64,000 bases of DNA, taken from positions 10,664,001-10,728,000 of the forward strand of contig NC_087263.1 in assembly GCF_037042905.1 (NCBI RefSeq), read 5' to 3'. Shown piece by piece: positions 1 through 38,105 of the stretch. The position numbers were made by a program, and so were the translations under genes. The notes beneath the pieces were generated by a model. It worked only from the letters and a program-made list of their open reading frames with translations, did no database searches and had not been told where the DNA came from. Within the stretch, counting starts at the first letter, position 1, and the number at the start of each line of letters is the position of its first letter. The DNA comes from Lytechinus pictus (lineage: Eukaryota).

Positions 1-2313
1 TGACATAACCACACACAATACCGTCTAAAAACTAAACTTTGTAATACCCTAGTCATATCAATGCGTTGCTTTTAGGAGTAAGAGGATACAATAATCATGA
101 GATCTTTCATATTTTCATCACTTTGCAGAACCAATTTTTCCATGACTAAAAAATCACAATGGACGGGTACATTATACATACTTTAATACAGTCGAGTGTG
201 AATTAGAAGACTTCCATATAAAGTCAAATCGTTTTTGTTTTCAGACCACAAAATAAACCACATGAACTTGCTTTTTAAACTCTAGTAAAGTGTAAATTAA
301 CCTTACCAATGTGAAACAGATGTCTGTGGTTGCTAGAAATTTGACTTTTACTTCATAATGGAAAAGTGTAGCTTCCAGGAAAAAAAAGCCAATATGACAT
401 AAAATATGTTTATTCTCAATTCACATTTTAGTCAAGGTTGGTCGGAGTGGGAAATACAGTTGATTAATACTGGCAAATGCTGCCTCAGTAGTTTTTCAGG
501 AAAATGGGAATGACTTGAAAATGCAGAGAAATATTACGAATATTTTCAGGTATTACCAAGAGTATTCTGGTATTCTGAAAATTGCCTTTAATATTCTTGT
601 AACTCAGCAAGATAACAGCTTGCCAAAATTGTCTCAAATCGGTATTCTGAAAATTGTCTTATCTCTGTAAGGACGTCCCCTATTTCATGCCCAATATTTT
701 ATCATCAACCAATCAATATAAGCGTCTCTTCTGAAAAATAATTGTGCGCATTACTGATATGATGCGTAATTTCCTTGCGCCCAGACGCTTATGCTTGTGC
801 GCTTCTGTGCTAAAAAAACACACGGCTGTTCTCAAAGACATATTTTCTTTGAAAAGATTCATCATCTCAAATGCCAATTTTAATTGCTGAAAAGTCTACC
901 AATCCGTCGTTATGTCCTTGGAATGTCTCCTTTTGTAAAAGCATGATATTCTTGTGGGATGCAGGAAGAAATTACTGTTGCAGACAAAATATTGCATGCA
1001 AACATTAAGCTACAATAGCCCCCTACATGTACCTCTTGTAAATTTTCTTGTGTTTTGCAAGGAAGTTAACAGAATGCAAAGACAAGAGAATTTTCAGAAT
1101 ACCTCTTATCTCCATATGTTATCTTGCGCACAGAGATATTTTGCGCCGTTTTAACTTTACGCATAATTCTAACTCTGACATCATACGCGCTCAGCGAAAG
1201 TTAGGTGAAAATTTACAAGAAAAGATACATAAATTTTCATAATATGGATTGTATTGTGACTCTGAAGATACAAAATTATTTTTCTTTAATTTTTTTTAGA
1301 ATACGGCCTTGGGTGTTTCTCAAGCATATTCCAGCATTTCCCTGTACATCTAACATACTTCCCAACCTCTACACGTTTCTTTCCCAGTATCCCCCACCCT
1401 GGGGGGAAATACCTAAATTCCCTAAGAATTCGCCAATCCTGGTTTGAGAAAGTAAATCCATCGATTCTGTGAGAGTTAATTTCACGATTCTTACTATTCT
1501 ACATAGATCTCAATAGAATGTACTGCAACATAATTTGAAATGCATGCACAGCTCAAGATATTTCTCGATTAACTTGCATTTTGTAAGTTTCACAATTGAT
1601 TCAAAACTCTTTTAAAGAAAATTTTCAAAATAGGAGATAGAGAAATATGTATACACTGTACATATGGCAAAACAAAACAAAAAAGGTAATATTGAAGCAC
1701 ACTGTAGAGTATATATATATGGGGAAATATATAGTCTGTATAATGATTATTTTGATAACATACATTTTTCTTTTCCTTTTTTTACAATAATAAGCATTTG
1801 AATACTCCATATTCCCATTTTTATGACAGTATATATTCATGTAGACTTGAATTTCAGCCTATTCAACCAATTTCATCAGGGTTTTTTTCAAAAAATATAT
1901 GAATATAAACTGAATTAGTAAAAAAAGGAAGTTGTATAGAATGAACTTAATGTACAATCTTACCTCACTCACTTCAACAAAATACATATAAAAATTTAAT
2001 CGAAACGAGATTAAATATGAGGACATTTGAACATTACTACCTAATTTGTTATTCTACTAAAAAAATGAATCATACTCATCCACCTGATACCACTGATAGC
2101 ATTATCTTTCGTAACAAAACCAATGAATGTTGAAATAATGAATGTTAAAACCTAACCTCCACCAGTCGTATTGACTGATCGAGGCATTACATTACTATTT
2201 CAGGCCAAAACATAAAAAAGGAATGATTGAGGACAAACATAAACTTTTCACAACATAAAATCAATGGATATCTTGATGGGAATGCAAAAGTTGTTCTTGT
2301 GAAAAAAAACCTA

Positions 2314-2319
2314 TTTATT
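2314..2319 (-). promoter_or_regulatory. Candidate PAH polyadenylation signal AATAAA
   Basis: AATAAA on the minus strand about 125 nt downstream of the stop codon. Confidence 0.4.
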
Positions 2320-2442
2320 ACAAATTTTTTTAAGATAAAACAAAATATACATTTTGTGTCATATTACAATTTGTGCTTGTATTAGATGTAGGAATATACA
2401 AAATTTGGTCCCTCTGAAAAGGATATCTTGCTCACCCCTCCT

Positions 2443-27563
<25,121 letters not shown>

Positions 27564-29180
27564 GTTGATGAAAAGGTGATTTTATAACACAAATTTAAGC
27601 GAGAAACGCGGGAATGATTCGTAGTTTCGTAAGCCTGGATCCACAAAGTATGCTACATGTACGTGATATGTATCAGCTATAGTTTACGGCGTGCCAAAAA
27701 TAGGCACTCATCGCACAGCTGATCCTATTGACTCGTCACATGAAAATCCCATTGCAAATCCTGTGTAATTCGAGTGTGTATTTAGTGGGAGTGTTTTGGG
27801 ATGGAAGTGGGCGCTGTCTCGCATCTAGTCTGCTAAACCCAGGCTCCGATCTCGTTCAGACCTGGGAAGCGTTTCATCATTATTTTATGTCTGATAAGTT
27901 GTCAGATCTAAAAACTTTCCTTCATTTTGATTGGCTGAGAAGCACTGTTACCATGGAAATTGTAGGATGAAACAGGACTACGTTGGATAAAAAGCCAGAC
28001 AGGACCTTTCATGAAATGCACCCCTCATATATGTTAATATCAAGTTTGATTTATTATACTCATAAAAAATGCAAGTTCATGCACTGCACGCATGGCACGA
28101 TACTAAGGGAGACACTATCGGGGGGGGGGGGGGGGGGGGTTCGCCCCCCACAAAAAAAAGAAAAGCACGAAAAAGGGTTACTGCGGCAGCCCGAACACGT
28201 ACTGTGTTAAGACGTGTCGAGGTCCCCGGGGCAAGAAAAAGGGATAAAAGGCCACCCATACAAGCAATAGGCAAAAAGGGGCAAACTGGGGAGTTGTCTG
28301 GATTTGTGCAACACCCCCCCCCCTCTTTCACCCCGTCTCTCCCCTCCCTCTCTCTCTCCTCCAATCTCGTTCTTTCTCTCTCTCTTCCCAATTGTCTCTC
28401 TGTACGCCTATACAGAAAGTCTCTTTATACCCTCTTCTTCTTTTTACTCCATAAAACTAAACGAGCGAAGCAATCAAGAGATGAATAAACCAATAATCAC
28501 TCATCCAGTAATTCAGAGGGGGGGGGGGGGGGGAAACCCAACAAAGCAACAAACAATCATTCAATGCAAAGAAATGCTTCTTTAATCGGGTTTAAGTTCT
28601 TAATTACAATGTTACAACACTACCTGTTCATACACATGTTATTTAGTAATATAGGCTATTACTAGTACTCTATGGCAAAACCAAATGAAGGGGAACAAAA
28701 ACATTAGANNNNNNNNNNNNNNNNNNNNNNNNNNNNNNNNNNNNNNNNNNNNNNNNNNNNNNNNNNNNNNNNNNNNNNNNNNNNNNNNNNNNNNNNNNNN
28801 NNNNNNNNNNNNNNNNNNNNNNNNNNNNNNNNNNNNNNNNNNNNNGAAACACGACATTTATCATATTTTCAAGACACGATTTATCTCGATCAGTTGCAAA
28901 ATGCATACTATTGCATTGACGTTACACCAAATTATCATTTTTTGTCCCTTTTGTTTCTTGCTTCTCGTTTTTATTTTTATCATTCATTTTCTGCTCGTGC
29001 TGCGTACTTACGGCCATTATAATTATTAACATCATATTAAACAGTGAACAAAGTGGTGACAAAACAGAAAACTATCGGCCTAAGACTTAGTTAGGGCCCC
29101 CGGAAAAAACACAAAAAACATTGCATTGCGGAAAATCTGTCCTCCGTTACCGCATTTGTCAAAGAGCAATTTACAGTTAA

Positions 29181-30153
29181 AGGACAAGTCCACCCCAACA
29201 AAAATTTGATTCGAATAAAAAGAGAAAAATCCAACAAGCATAACACTGAAAATTTCATCAAAATCGGATGTTAAATAAGAAAGTTATGACATTTTAAAGT
29301 TTTGCTTAATTTCACAAAACAGTTATATTCACATCCTTGTCGGTATGCAAATGAGGAGACTGATGACATCACTCACTCACTATTTCTTTTGTATTTTATT
29401 ATGTGAAATATGAAATATTCAAATTTTCTCCCTGTTGTGTGAAATAACGATTAATTCCTCCCTGAACATGTGCAATTAGCATTTTTTAATGCTATATGGT
29501 TCAATCAAGTTGGTCCTTATTGTCTAATCTGTAAAAAATGAAATATTGTATAATTCAAACAATATAAAACAAAAGAAATAGTGAGTGATGGACATCATCG
29601 ACTGACTCACCTAGTTGTGCATATCACTGTTTTGTGAAATTAAGCAAAACTTTAAAATGTCATAACTTTCTTATTTTACATCCGATTTTGATGAAATTTT
29701 CAGTGTTATGCTTGTTGGATTTTTCTCTTTTTATTCAAATCAACTTTTTGTTGGGTGGATTTGTCCTTTAAAGGGGAAGTTGCCCCTGAGAAAAAAATTG
29801 TTAATAGGATTTTATTTTGTTTTTTATGTGACGTCATATGCGAGCAGCTTCCCATATATAGGCGTATCGTCAATAAAAAAATAAACGAAATGTCATTTTC
29901 TAAAAAATGAAGATTTTTTTTCTACCTTCAGTTTATCAACGACAGACTATTTTCACACTATCAAACATTTAACTTATGCACCTTATATTACACAACATAA
30001 AGGGCCGCTGCTGCTTGTGAAGATGTCACAAATCAGACACATTCTTATGACTTTTTAAATCTTTGATGGATTTTCCTCAAAGCATTATGAATAACTTTAT
30101 TTTTTGGTATATTTGCAACAAACAAAAACTTTTCGTCAAAATGAACCTGCCCT
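29181..30153. mobile_element. Two adjacent Kolobok-like MITEs (29181-29767 family A; 29772-30153) sharing a TTAA
   Basis: TTAA|AGGAC...GTCCT|TTAA|AGGGG...GCCCT|TTAA. Confidence 0.8.
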
Positions 30154-31221
30154 TTAAAGATTATGATAAATTGACAGTTATAAACAAACGAATACATATA
30201 AATGCATTTAAAATAGAATGAGAAGAAAATATATATAATAAATGATTTCAAGATCATAACTTTGAGTAAATTATATATTCTGTAACTATAAGCTGAAATA
30301 TGCAATTGAATGATCATTATATCCCATAAAGGGGCGGCGCAAGAGGGTGGGGATAGCCACCCCTTGTTACTTTCCAAACGATCATAATAGGCGAATGGGG
30401 GGGGGGGGGAGGGAGGAAGTAGGACAAACATGAAAATGGTTGTGGATCCCACCCCAATCTATACCTGGGTACCACCGGCCCTTTACGCTTTGGGTTGTTA
30501 TTACACTGTAATAACGCTGGCCAAAATTTGTTTAACTTGAAACAAGTTGTTTAAACTTAAAAAAATACATATTTAAAAAGAGAAAACAATTGTTCTTAGA
30601 GTGACGGACTTTAAAAATGTGGTTGAAATTCAAAAACATGGTTTTACAGTGCATGCATCTTTGTAAACTACAAAAGACAAACATCGAAACGTTTATTAAT
30701 ATTTTTTTTAAATCCGGTGGTCTACTGTTGTCAATTCCAGTTACCATAGTTACTGCAGTGAAGATTACGCTGTTCTCAAATTCATGTAGTTGATACACCA
30801 TTTAGCTGTTGAATTAAAAACATTAAAATCAGTAACTACAATGAACATTCCGGGAAAATGCACCGCGATGTTCATGTTTAATTGGTTTGCTCAGTAATGG
30901 ATAAACATGCATGTTTAAACGCAAGCCCCCTTTTCATCTAATATTGATTGTGTATACAGAATCCAATTAAGGTAGTGAAGATCATCAATATACATGGCCG
31001 TTCTCACGGGCCCGGGGGGGGGGGGAGGTGGCAGGTGGCAGGTGGAGGAGCCCGCCCCTTGACATTTTGAAAACTTATATCTTTTACTGAAAATTTTTCA
31101 TTTAATTCATTAAATGGGAACACGGAATCTAAAAATTTCACTTTTTTTTTCTAAAGACATTTTTATGCTTAAAGTTGCCCCCCTTCCTCAGAAGGGGGGC
31201 TATGCCTCTACCTCGTAATCA

Positions 31222-31473
31222 TTTTTGCATAGATCGAATTACAATACACGTGCCTGGTATTCCCTATTTACCATTTGAGTAACATGATTAAAAATAGATT
31301 CCCAAGCATGATTGCAATTATCCAAATATTTTCTTTTCATAGAAGCCTCAAACTCCGGCAAGGGCAACGAGATGGAACTGGACTAAAGTTTTTTTTTTTC
31401 AGTATGATTAATGTCAATGTAGAAAAAAGGATTATGTCAGCAATATTCATTTTGTGATCAAATCTTTGTAGAT
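31222..31473. repeat. Direct repeat copy 1 flanking the LINE 3' end (putative long TSD)
   Basis: Aligns to 36748-36986 with a few indels and substitutions. Confidence 0.9.
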
Positions 31474-31977
31474 TTTTTTTGGGTAAAATAACCATTGCTG
31501 GTCTTCTTTATTCATCAAACAAAATGTATTCACAGTGCTAACATTTGCCTCCATTTCTGGAGGGAAATTCATGGTTTTCTGGATTTCACATTTTCTTCTA
31601 TCTGTAAACGATATCTTAATAGGTAAAACAAAATATTTTTCCTTTTAGATTCTTTTCCAGCGAAACATTTATAAATGGTATATAAAGCATAATTCAAAAC
31701 ATCATTTTTTTCTTTTGATCTAAATGAAATTCCTGATAATATATGACATGGCTGGAAATGAAAATTTGGCAAAATATATTTTTGTACATTTTCTTCAACT
31801 TTTTTCCAAAATATTATCAATATGTTACAAGAGAAAAACATATGACTGCAATCACCTTTTTTATCACAGTAAAACATTGGTCATTTTCTTTTAATTTCCA
31901 TTTAAAAAGGTTAGCTGGTGTTGCCAAAATATTATACATGAACTTAAAATTAAAATTGACCAGTACATTGTCCTTAA

Positions 31978-32560
31978 AGGAGAATGAAACTCTTGGAGCA
32001 AGTTAGCTTTTGTGAAAGCAGAAAAATCAAAGAATAAGATCAACAAAACTTTGAGTAAAATAGGACTATCAATAAAAGAGTTATGAGCATTTGAATGTCG
32101 AGATCACTAATGCTATGGAGATCCTCCCATTGGCAATGCGACCAAGATCTGTGATGTCACACACGTACAACTCTCCCATTTGGACACTGAAAATATACCC
32201 CAAAACATCTCTTTTTGCTCATTCTAATCATATGACAAACGATTCATCAATGATATAATGTTGTGAAACCTCTGTACTTGTCATCTCATAAAGAGAACAC
32301 CTCACCTTGTGATAGACTCTATAAAAGTGAGAATATAAGTGAAATAAGTATTAAAGTAATGAAGGAGTTGTACGTGTGTGATATCACAGATCTTGGTCGC
32401 ATTGCCGTTAGGAGGATCTACATGGCACTAGTGATCTCAATATTCGAATGCTCATAACTTTCTTATTATTCATTCAATCTTCCTCAAACTTTCAACAATA
32501 TGTTTCTTTGATTTTTCTCTTTGATATGGATTCAGCTGGTTTCAAGGGTTTCATTCTCCT
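31978..32560. mobile_element. Kolobok-like MITE, family B, nested in the LINE
   Basis: TTAA TSD; near-identical to 18490-19074. Confidence 0.9.
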
Positions 32561-34672
32561 TTAACAAACTTAAACTTAAATAACCAAACATATTCTGTCC
32601 AAATTGGTAAACAGTCAAATACTAAGCTATAACACCAAAATTCATCTGCTCTAGATTCTTCGGTTTTTACTTGGATCAATTCATAATATATTGTCAATTT
32701 ACTTAATGAAATAATACTATCAACCAATCTAATATCATTATATACATTAACATTGGATCTAAATTCCGAATACTTCTTTTGTAATAAACTTGTATTAGAA
32801 AAAAGAGACACGTTGCCACATAACTGAATAGCCTGTCGTATACGAGCATACTGACTGTACCACCTTCCATCCTTAACTACTATTTTAGCGCTAATCTTAT
32901 CTGTAGGTAGAAAACCCTTATCATCCATTAAATCCCCCACAAACAAAATATCAGAGTTTATCCAATTCATATAAAATAACATTTTCCCTTTGTATAAGAT
33001 ATCTTTATTTAGCCAAATCATTTCTTTGTGATGATTATGCTGTATATCTGCTTGAATATTTCTTGAATAGCTTTTTAATAAGAAAAAACGTTGATATCAA
33101 GTTATAATAGAAATAAGGCATTCTGTTTTCCAAAAAACATTTGTTTTTTAATATTATATTTACAATTTATAATAACTTTTATACCACCCAGTTGCTGAAA
33201 CCAGTAATCAAACATACATTTTCATCCAGGTTTAACTCATTACTCAAATATTTACAAAGCCAAAATAAATTCAACGACGCAACTTTTATTTCAACATCTA
33301 ACATATTTAGGCCACCTTCCTCTATAATTGTGCTTACTATATACATTAGTCCGTTTAACCTTTGCGGGTCGTCCTTTCCATAAGAAATTAAAAAATAATT
33401 TATCGAGCTCCTTTACTATTTCTTTAGGACAAGAAAGAACTTGTGTTGTATAAATTATTTTCGACATAATCAACGATTTTAATATTAAAATTTTGCCTCT
33501 TAACGTAAGGTTTCTCTGTTTCCATATTTGTAACAACTGTTTAATTTTAATATTCTTTGTTCAGACCCACCAATTCATTTCTAAACTTAAATGCTTCTTT
33601 TTGCAAAAATAAATACCAAGAGACTTAACATAAACGTCCTCCCATTATATATTTCCAATATTATTTGTCGGATTGTTGTTTCCCAGCCAAATAGATTTTG
33701 TTTTGTTTTCATTTAAATGAATTCCAGAATATGTTTCAAAGTTTCTAATGATATAAATAGCTGTATTGCCTGATATAACTGTCCTAACAAATAATGTCAT
33801 ATCATCTGCTAACTGCAGTATCTTAAAAGTATTCTTATTTTCATGTTTGTAACCAATACTCAAACCTATGTTATTATTATTTTGTCTTATCTGATTTGCA
33901 AGGGTTTCAATGCAAAGTATAAATATTAATGCGGATAAAGGACAGCCCTGTCTTATACCCCGCGATGGGTTTATATATCTTGTTAACCATCCATTCGTTA
34001 ATATATTAAGATGGGGATCATTATATATAACTGAAATCCATTTCCTATAAAACTATCTTTAAAACCATAAACATCTTTAAACAAGCATCAATAAACTTCC
34101 ATTCCAACGTATCGAACGCTTTCTGAAAATCGGCAAATATAATTGTACCATCGGTTTTGTTAAAAATGCTATAATCTATAACATCCTGGATTATTCTGGC
34201 ATTATAAATACCACTCCCGCCCTTGATATAACCTACTTGGTCTTCATTAATTAAATGGTTAAAACCTTTTGGAGTCTGTTTGATAGTACTGTAGCAAGTA
34301 TTTTGTAATCAGTATTAAGTAATGTAGTTGGTCGCCAGTTACCTAATTCCATCGAGTCTCCACCTTTAAATAACAAATTTACAACACCCTTTCTCTGCAA
34401 AAAAACTAAGCTTACCTTTGCTATAACCTTCATTTAAACTATTTACAACAAGATCTTGTATATCAACCCAAAATTCCCTAAAAAACTCTACTGTTAATCC
34501 GTCGATACCGGGTGTTTTATTGAGACTCATTCCCTTTAACGCATTTGTGGCATCTTTAATTGAGATCAGTCCCTCGCATTCTCCGGCTTCACTACCACAT
34601 AAATGAGGATGATTTATTTCTTAAAGATACGCTTCGATCAACAACAGATCGGGATTTTGTGTTGTGTATAAT

Positions 34673-35482
34673 GGGTGCGTTTATCCGCCACTTTTTCACC
34701 CTAGAATCATGATCTGAATCATGATTCAAATCACGATTCTGCAGAATCACGATTGCGTTTAGTCGAAATTGAATATAATCATGATTAGAATCACAAACAT
34801 GAACTACGAAAAAAGGGGCGTTTGGAAAGACGTTTCTACAGAATCACGTATGAAAATGTTCGAATAAACGATATCGTGATTTGAATCATGATTATATGAC
34901 CTCACTGTGTCGGGCTACTTTCGGTTTGACTCTTGCCAAGCTCAAGGCTCTCTATATGCTCATTGTATGTACATGGTTACTCTGCATGCATTTCTTGTCA
35001 TCTCCAAGTTCTGTGTTGGTCATTGCATCGTCCACTACTTTTCATTTTTTGGTCATGTCTTCAACTTCAAGTTCTAGTGAATGAATTAACTGGACAGACA
35101 ATGATCTCAGTTGTTGTTGAGTATATAGTGTTAATATTAAATTGGATCTACGCTGAAATTCACTTCCGAACACCATTTTGGATAAACTAACAAGATTAAT
35201 AGAAGCATATGGACCCTATAGAAGTAAACAAAATTAGGTATAGACTGAATTCTGGAAGCAAAAGATTTTTCGAGAGCCGAAACACGTGCGAAAAACTTCC
35301 TCTGTCAAACTGCGCACTAGTGATGCGCACTGGATTGGCCCGAATCTGAGGAGAAACAGCATTGTAATGAAGGTCGTCTAAACGCTGATTCTGTGACATC
35401 GTGATTCATGTTTGTGTTTTGAATCATGATTCAAATCATGATTCAAATCATGATTCTGGCTTGAGGTCGCATAAACGCAGCC
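34673..35482. mobile_element. ~810-bp non-autonomous DNA transposon (Harbinger-like) nested in the LINE
   Basis: TIR gggtgcgtttat / ataaacgcagcc, aatcatgatt subrepeats; splits LINE codons FYSSLYT; second copy at 48234-49041. Confidence 0.85.
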
Positions 35483-36129
35483 TATGAAGAATAAAACTTT
35501 TCTACTGACTTCATAATAGAGTTACTACTTTCTTTCCTATCGTTATCCCTGATATATATTTTTTTGTACTATTCCTATGTTCTAAATTTAAAAAGTATGA
35601 AATATTGCTCTCACTTTCTTTAAAATGTGTAACTCTAGACCTAACTTTTGCACCATAGCATTGCTTTTTGTAATACATATTAACCTTTCTTTTAACACTA
35701 ATCATCCGTTCTTCTATCTCCGAATTACCTGCATAAAGTTGCACATGTAAACATTCTAATTCTTTTTCCAATGAAATTAATTCTTCCTTCTCGGCTTTCC
35801 TAAGCTTCTTAGCAAAAGATATAGTAACTATAATCTTTAATTCTCAACCTACATAGGTCCCAAATATAATGAGGATCACATTCTGCTTTAAATTCATTTT
35901 AGTATGAGTGATAACATTAATGACACCAGTTTTATAATCGCCGTTTTTCAGGAGTGAGTAATTCATTTTCCAGTATGAAGAGCCACGGGCAGCATTACGT
36001 GATAAATGTATTGTCATAATAATAGCACAATGGTCTGGACACATTGAGACCGGTTTAATGGACATATTATAAATGTAATCCACAAACTCATTTTGAACTA
36101 GCCAGTAATCTATCCTCGATGACATATTC

Positions 36130-36362
36130 AGATACATGGCGTAATTTCCTTCAGCAAGAAATTTATCCACACTGTGCTGCACTCAACCCAGGTGAGATGA
36201 ATGGGTACCCGGTAGGAAGAAATTCCTTGAATGCTTTGAGCGCCTAGGCAGCCCAGCTAAAGCCGGGGTAATAATAATAGCAGGACCCGCTGGGAGAACA
36301 GTTTTCGGAACTGAAGCGGCTTCCCTGGGTAAATATACCTGTATTATTATTATTATTATTAT
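36130..36362 (+). mobile_element. 5'-truncated SINE nested in the LINE
   Basis: catggcgtaatttccttcagcaagaaatttatccacac...(ATT)n, homologous to the body of the SINE at 23926-24218. Confidence 0.8.
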
Positions 36363-36747
36363 ACTTCTATAGGTATATTGTTTTTTGTTTTTGTTAATTT
36401 TTTCTCCATACATCAACCATCTTAAATTGTTTAACAAATTGCATATATCCATTTGGTTTCTTATATATTGTTTTATTACCTATCACGTCAATACTTGGAT
36501 CGTTAACACAATTAAAATCACATCCTATGATTAAAACATGTAAACCAGTAGTCTTACAATCATAATTACTCATAATCTTTTCCAACTTTAAGAAAAAATA
36601 TTCTTTATTCTTCTTCTCTGTCGGAGCATAAATATTAACCAAAAATACATTTTTGTCATTTAGTTTAGTATCTGTAATCAAAATCCTTCCGTCGTCTGAT
36701 GAGTAAATCAAATTAACAGGTATTTGGGTATTCTTTTTCACTATTTT

Positions 36748-36986
36748 TTTTTGCATAGATCGAATTACAATACACGTGCCTGGTATTCCCTATTTACCAT
36801 TTTGAGTAACATGATTAAACATAGATTCCCAAGAATGATTGCAATTATCCAAATATTTTCTTTTCATAGACATGATAGAAGCCTCAAACTCCGGCAAGGG
36901 CAACGAGATGGAACTGGACGAAATGTCAATGTAGCGAAAAGGATTATGTCAGCAATATTCATTTTGTGATCAAATCATTTGCAGAT
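36748..36986. repeat. Direct repeat copy 2 flanking the LINE 5' end (putative long TSD)
   Basis: tttttgcatagatcgaattacaatacacgtgcctgg...tgtgatcaaatc shared with 31222-31473. Confidence 0.9.
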
Positions 36987-37988
36987 AACGATTGTATGTG
37001 TGGGGGATCCCCCACCACCAATAGAATAAGTTGTAAAGTAGCCCGATTATCAAGAGCGACCAAAATATCAAGAAATCACCGCGCATCGTAAAAGGAGACA
37101 ATGACGACAATTGCAAAAAAGCAAGAATGATTTCTATAACCAGCATCAGAAGAAGACCCCACCCACTCCAGCCATTTAATTTGATTGTTATGAAATAATG
37201 ACCCTAATCCTTATCTCATGCAGTCCTCATAATATAGCTGTATATGCAAATGCCCCACAATTCGGCTTGGCCGCCATGATGTATGATTTTTATCAAATAA
37301 ACCATTTATCTATCTAAANNNNNNNNNNNNNNNNNNNNNNNNNNNNNNNNNNNNNNNNNNNNNNNNNNNNNNNNNNNNNNNNNNNNNNNNNNNNNNNNNN
37401 NNNNNNNNNNNNNNNNNNNNNNNNNNNNNNNNNNNNNNNNNNNNNNNNNNNNNNNNNNNNNNNNAAAAGTCGGTAATCTTTCTCAATACATTATCTGTTT
37501 ATTTTTAAGCAGCTCTTGTCAGTCATTAATTGTTGAATCTTTTCCTTACTCCATCCATGCTGAAAATAGGGGTGACACGACATTTGCTCCGGCGTCAATT
37601 GCTACAGGCTTTATTTCATCTAAGATATAGGGTTGGGGTTAGCGTTGCAATAAGGGTACTAGTTTTAGGCTTAGGTTGGGGTATAGCGTTAAATCCACTG
37701 AAATTCGCCGGAGCAAATGTCATGGAGCCGTAAGAGGCGGTGTTCGCAGAACAGTGGGAGGGAGGGGGGGGGGGGGTGGAAATTCAGCCAAAAATAAAAA
37801 ATATACACAGAAACGTAAAAATGACCATTTGATTGTGTTTTTCATGGTCAGCCCCCGCCCCATTTTTTCATAACCGTTCCACAGCCCCTGAAAGGCATGA
37901 ATTTCTAATAACAATTTGTAATTGTGCGTTTACTTGCGCAATGTCTAGCCGTATATATATAAAAAAGAACATAAAAACATACACGTAC

Positions 37989-38105
37989 CTCTGTTGTCAA
38001 TGATCCTTGTCTTGATTGTTGCCATCATGATCCAATATCTTTATAGCTTGTGTTTGCGGGTCGTAATGGACAGAAAAAGGCCTTTTAATACCTTTAGACC
38101 AGGCC
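37989..38105 (-). CDS. PAH-like paralog exon 12 homolog (stop TGA at 37999-37997)
   Basis: 117 nt, [35 protein letters not shown], gtacgt donor. Confidence 0.9.

Larger units (their letters stand above)
31473..36747 (-). mobile_element. Decayed, 5'-truncated Tx1/L1-clade LINE (APE endonuclease + reverse transcriptase)
   Basis: Fragments NIYAP...GCDFN, SRIDYWL...PDH, NWRPTTLLNTDYKILA, RQGCPLSAL, QLADD, LTLRGKILILKSL; AATAAA at 31507-31512 and A8 tail at 31473-31480. Confidence 0.93.

Noticed and set aside
430-1445. Possible DNA transposon downstream of PAH
   Set aside because: Internal inverted motifs are present, but I could not define termini or a TSD
37480-37559. Exon 13 homolog of the paralog (acceptor attttcag, downstream AATAAA)
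   Set aside because: No similarity to GELSILNEALDK, lies after the stop codon and next to a gap; at most a 3' UTR exon
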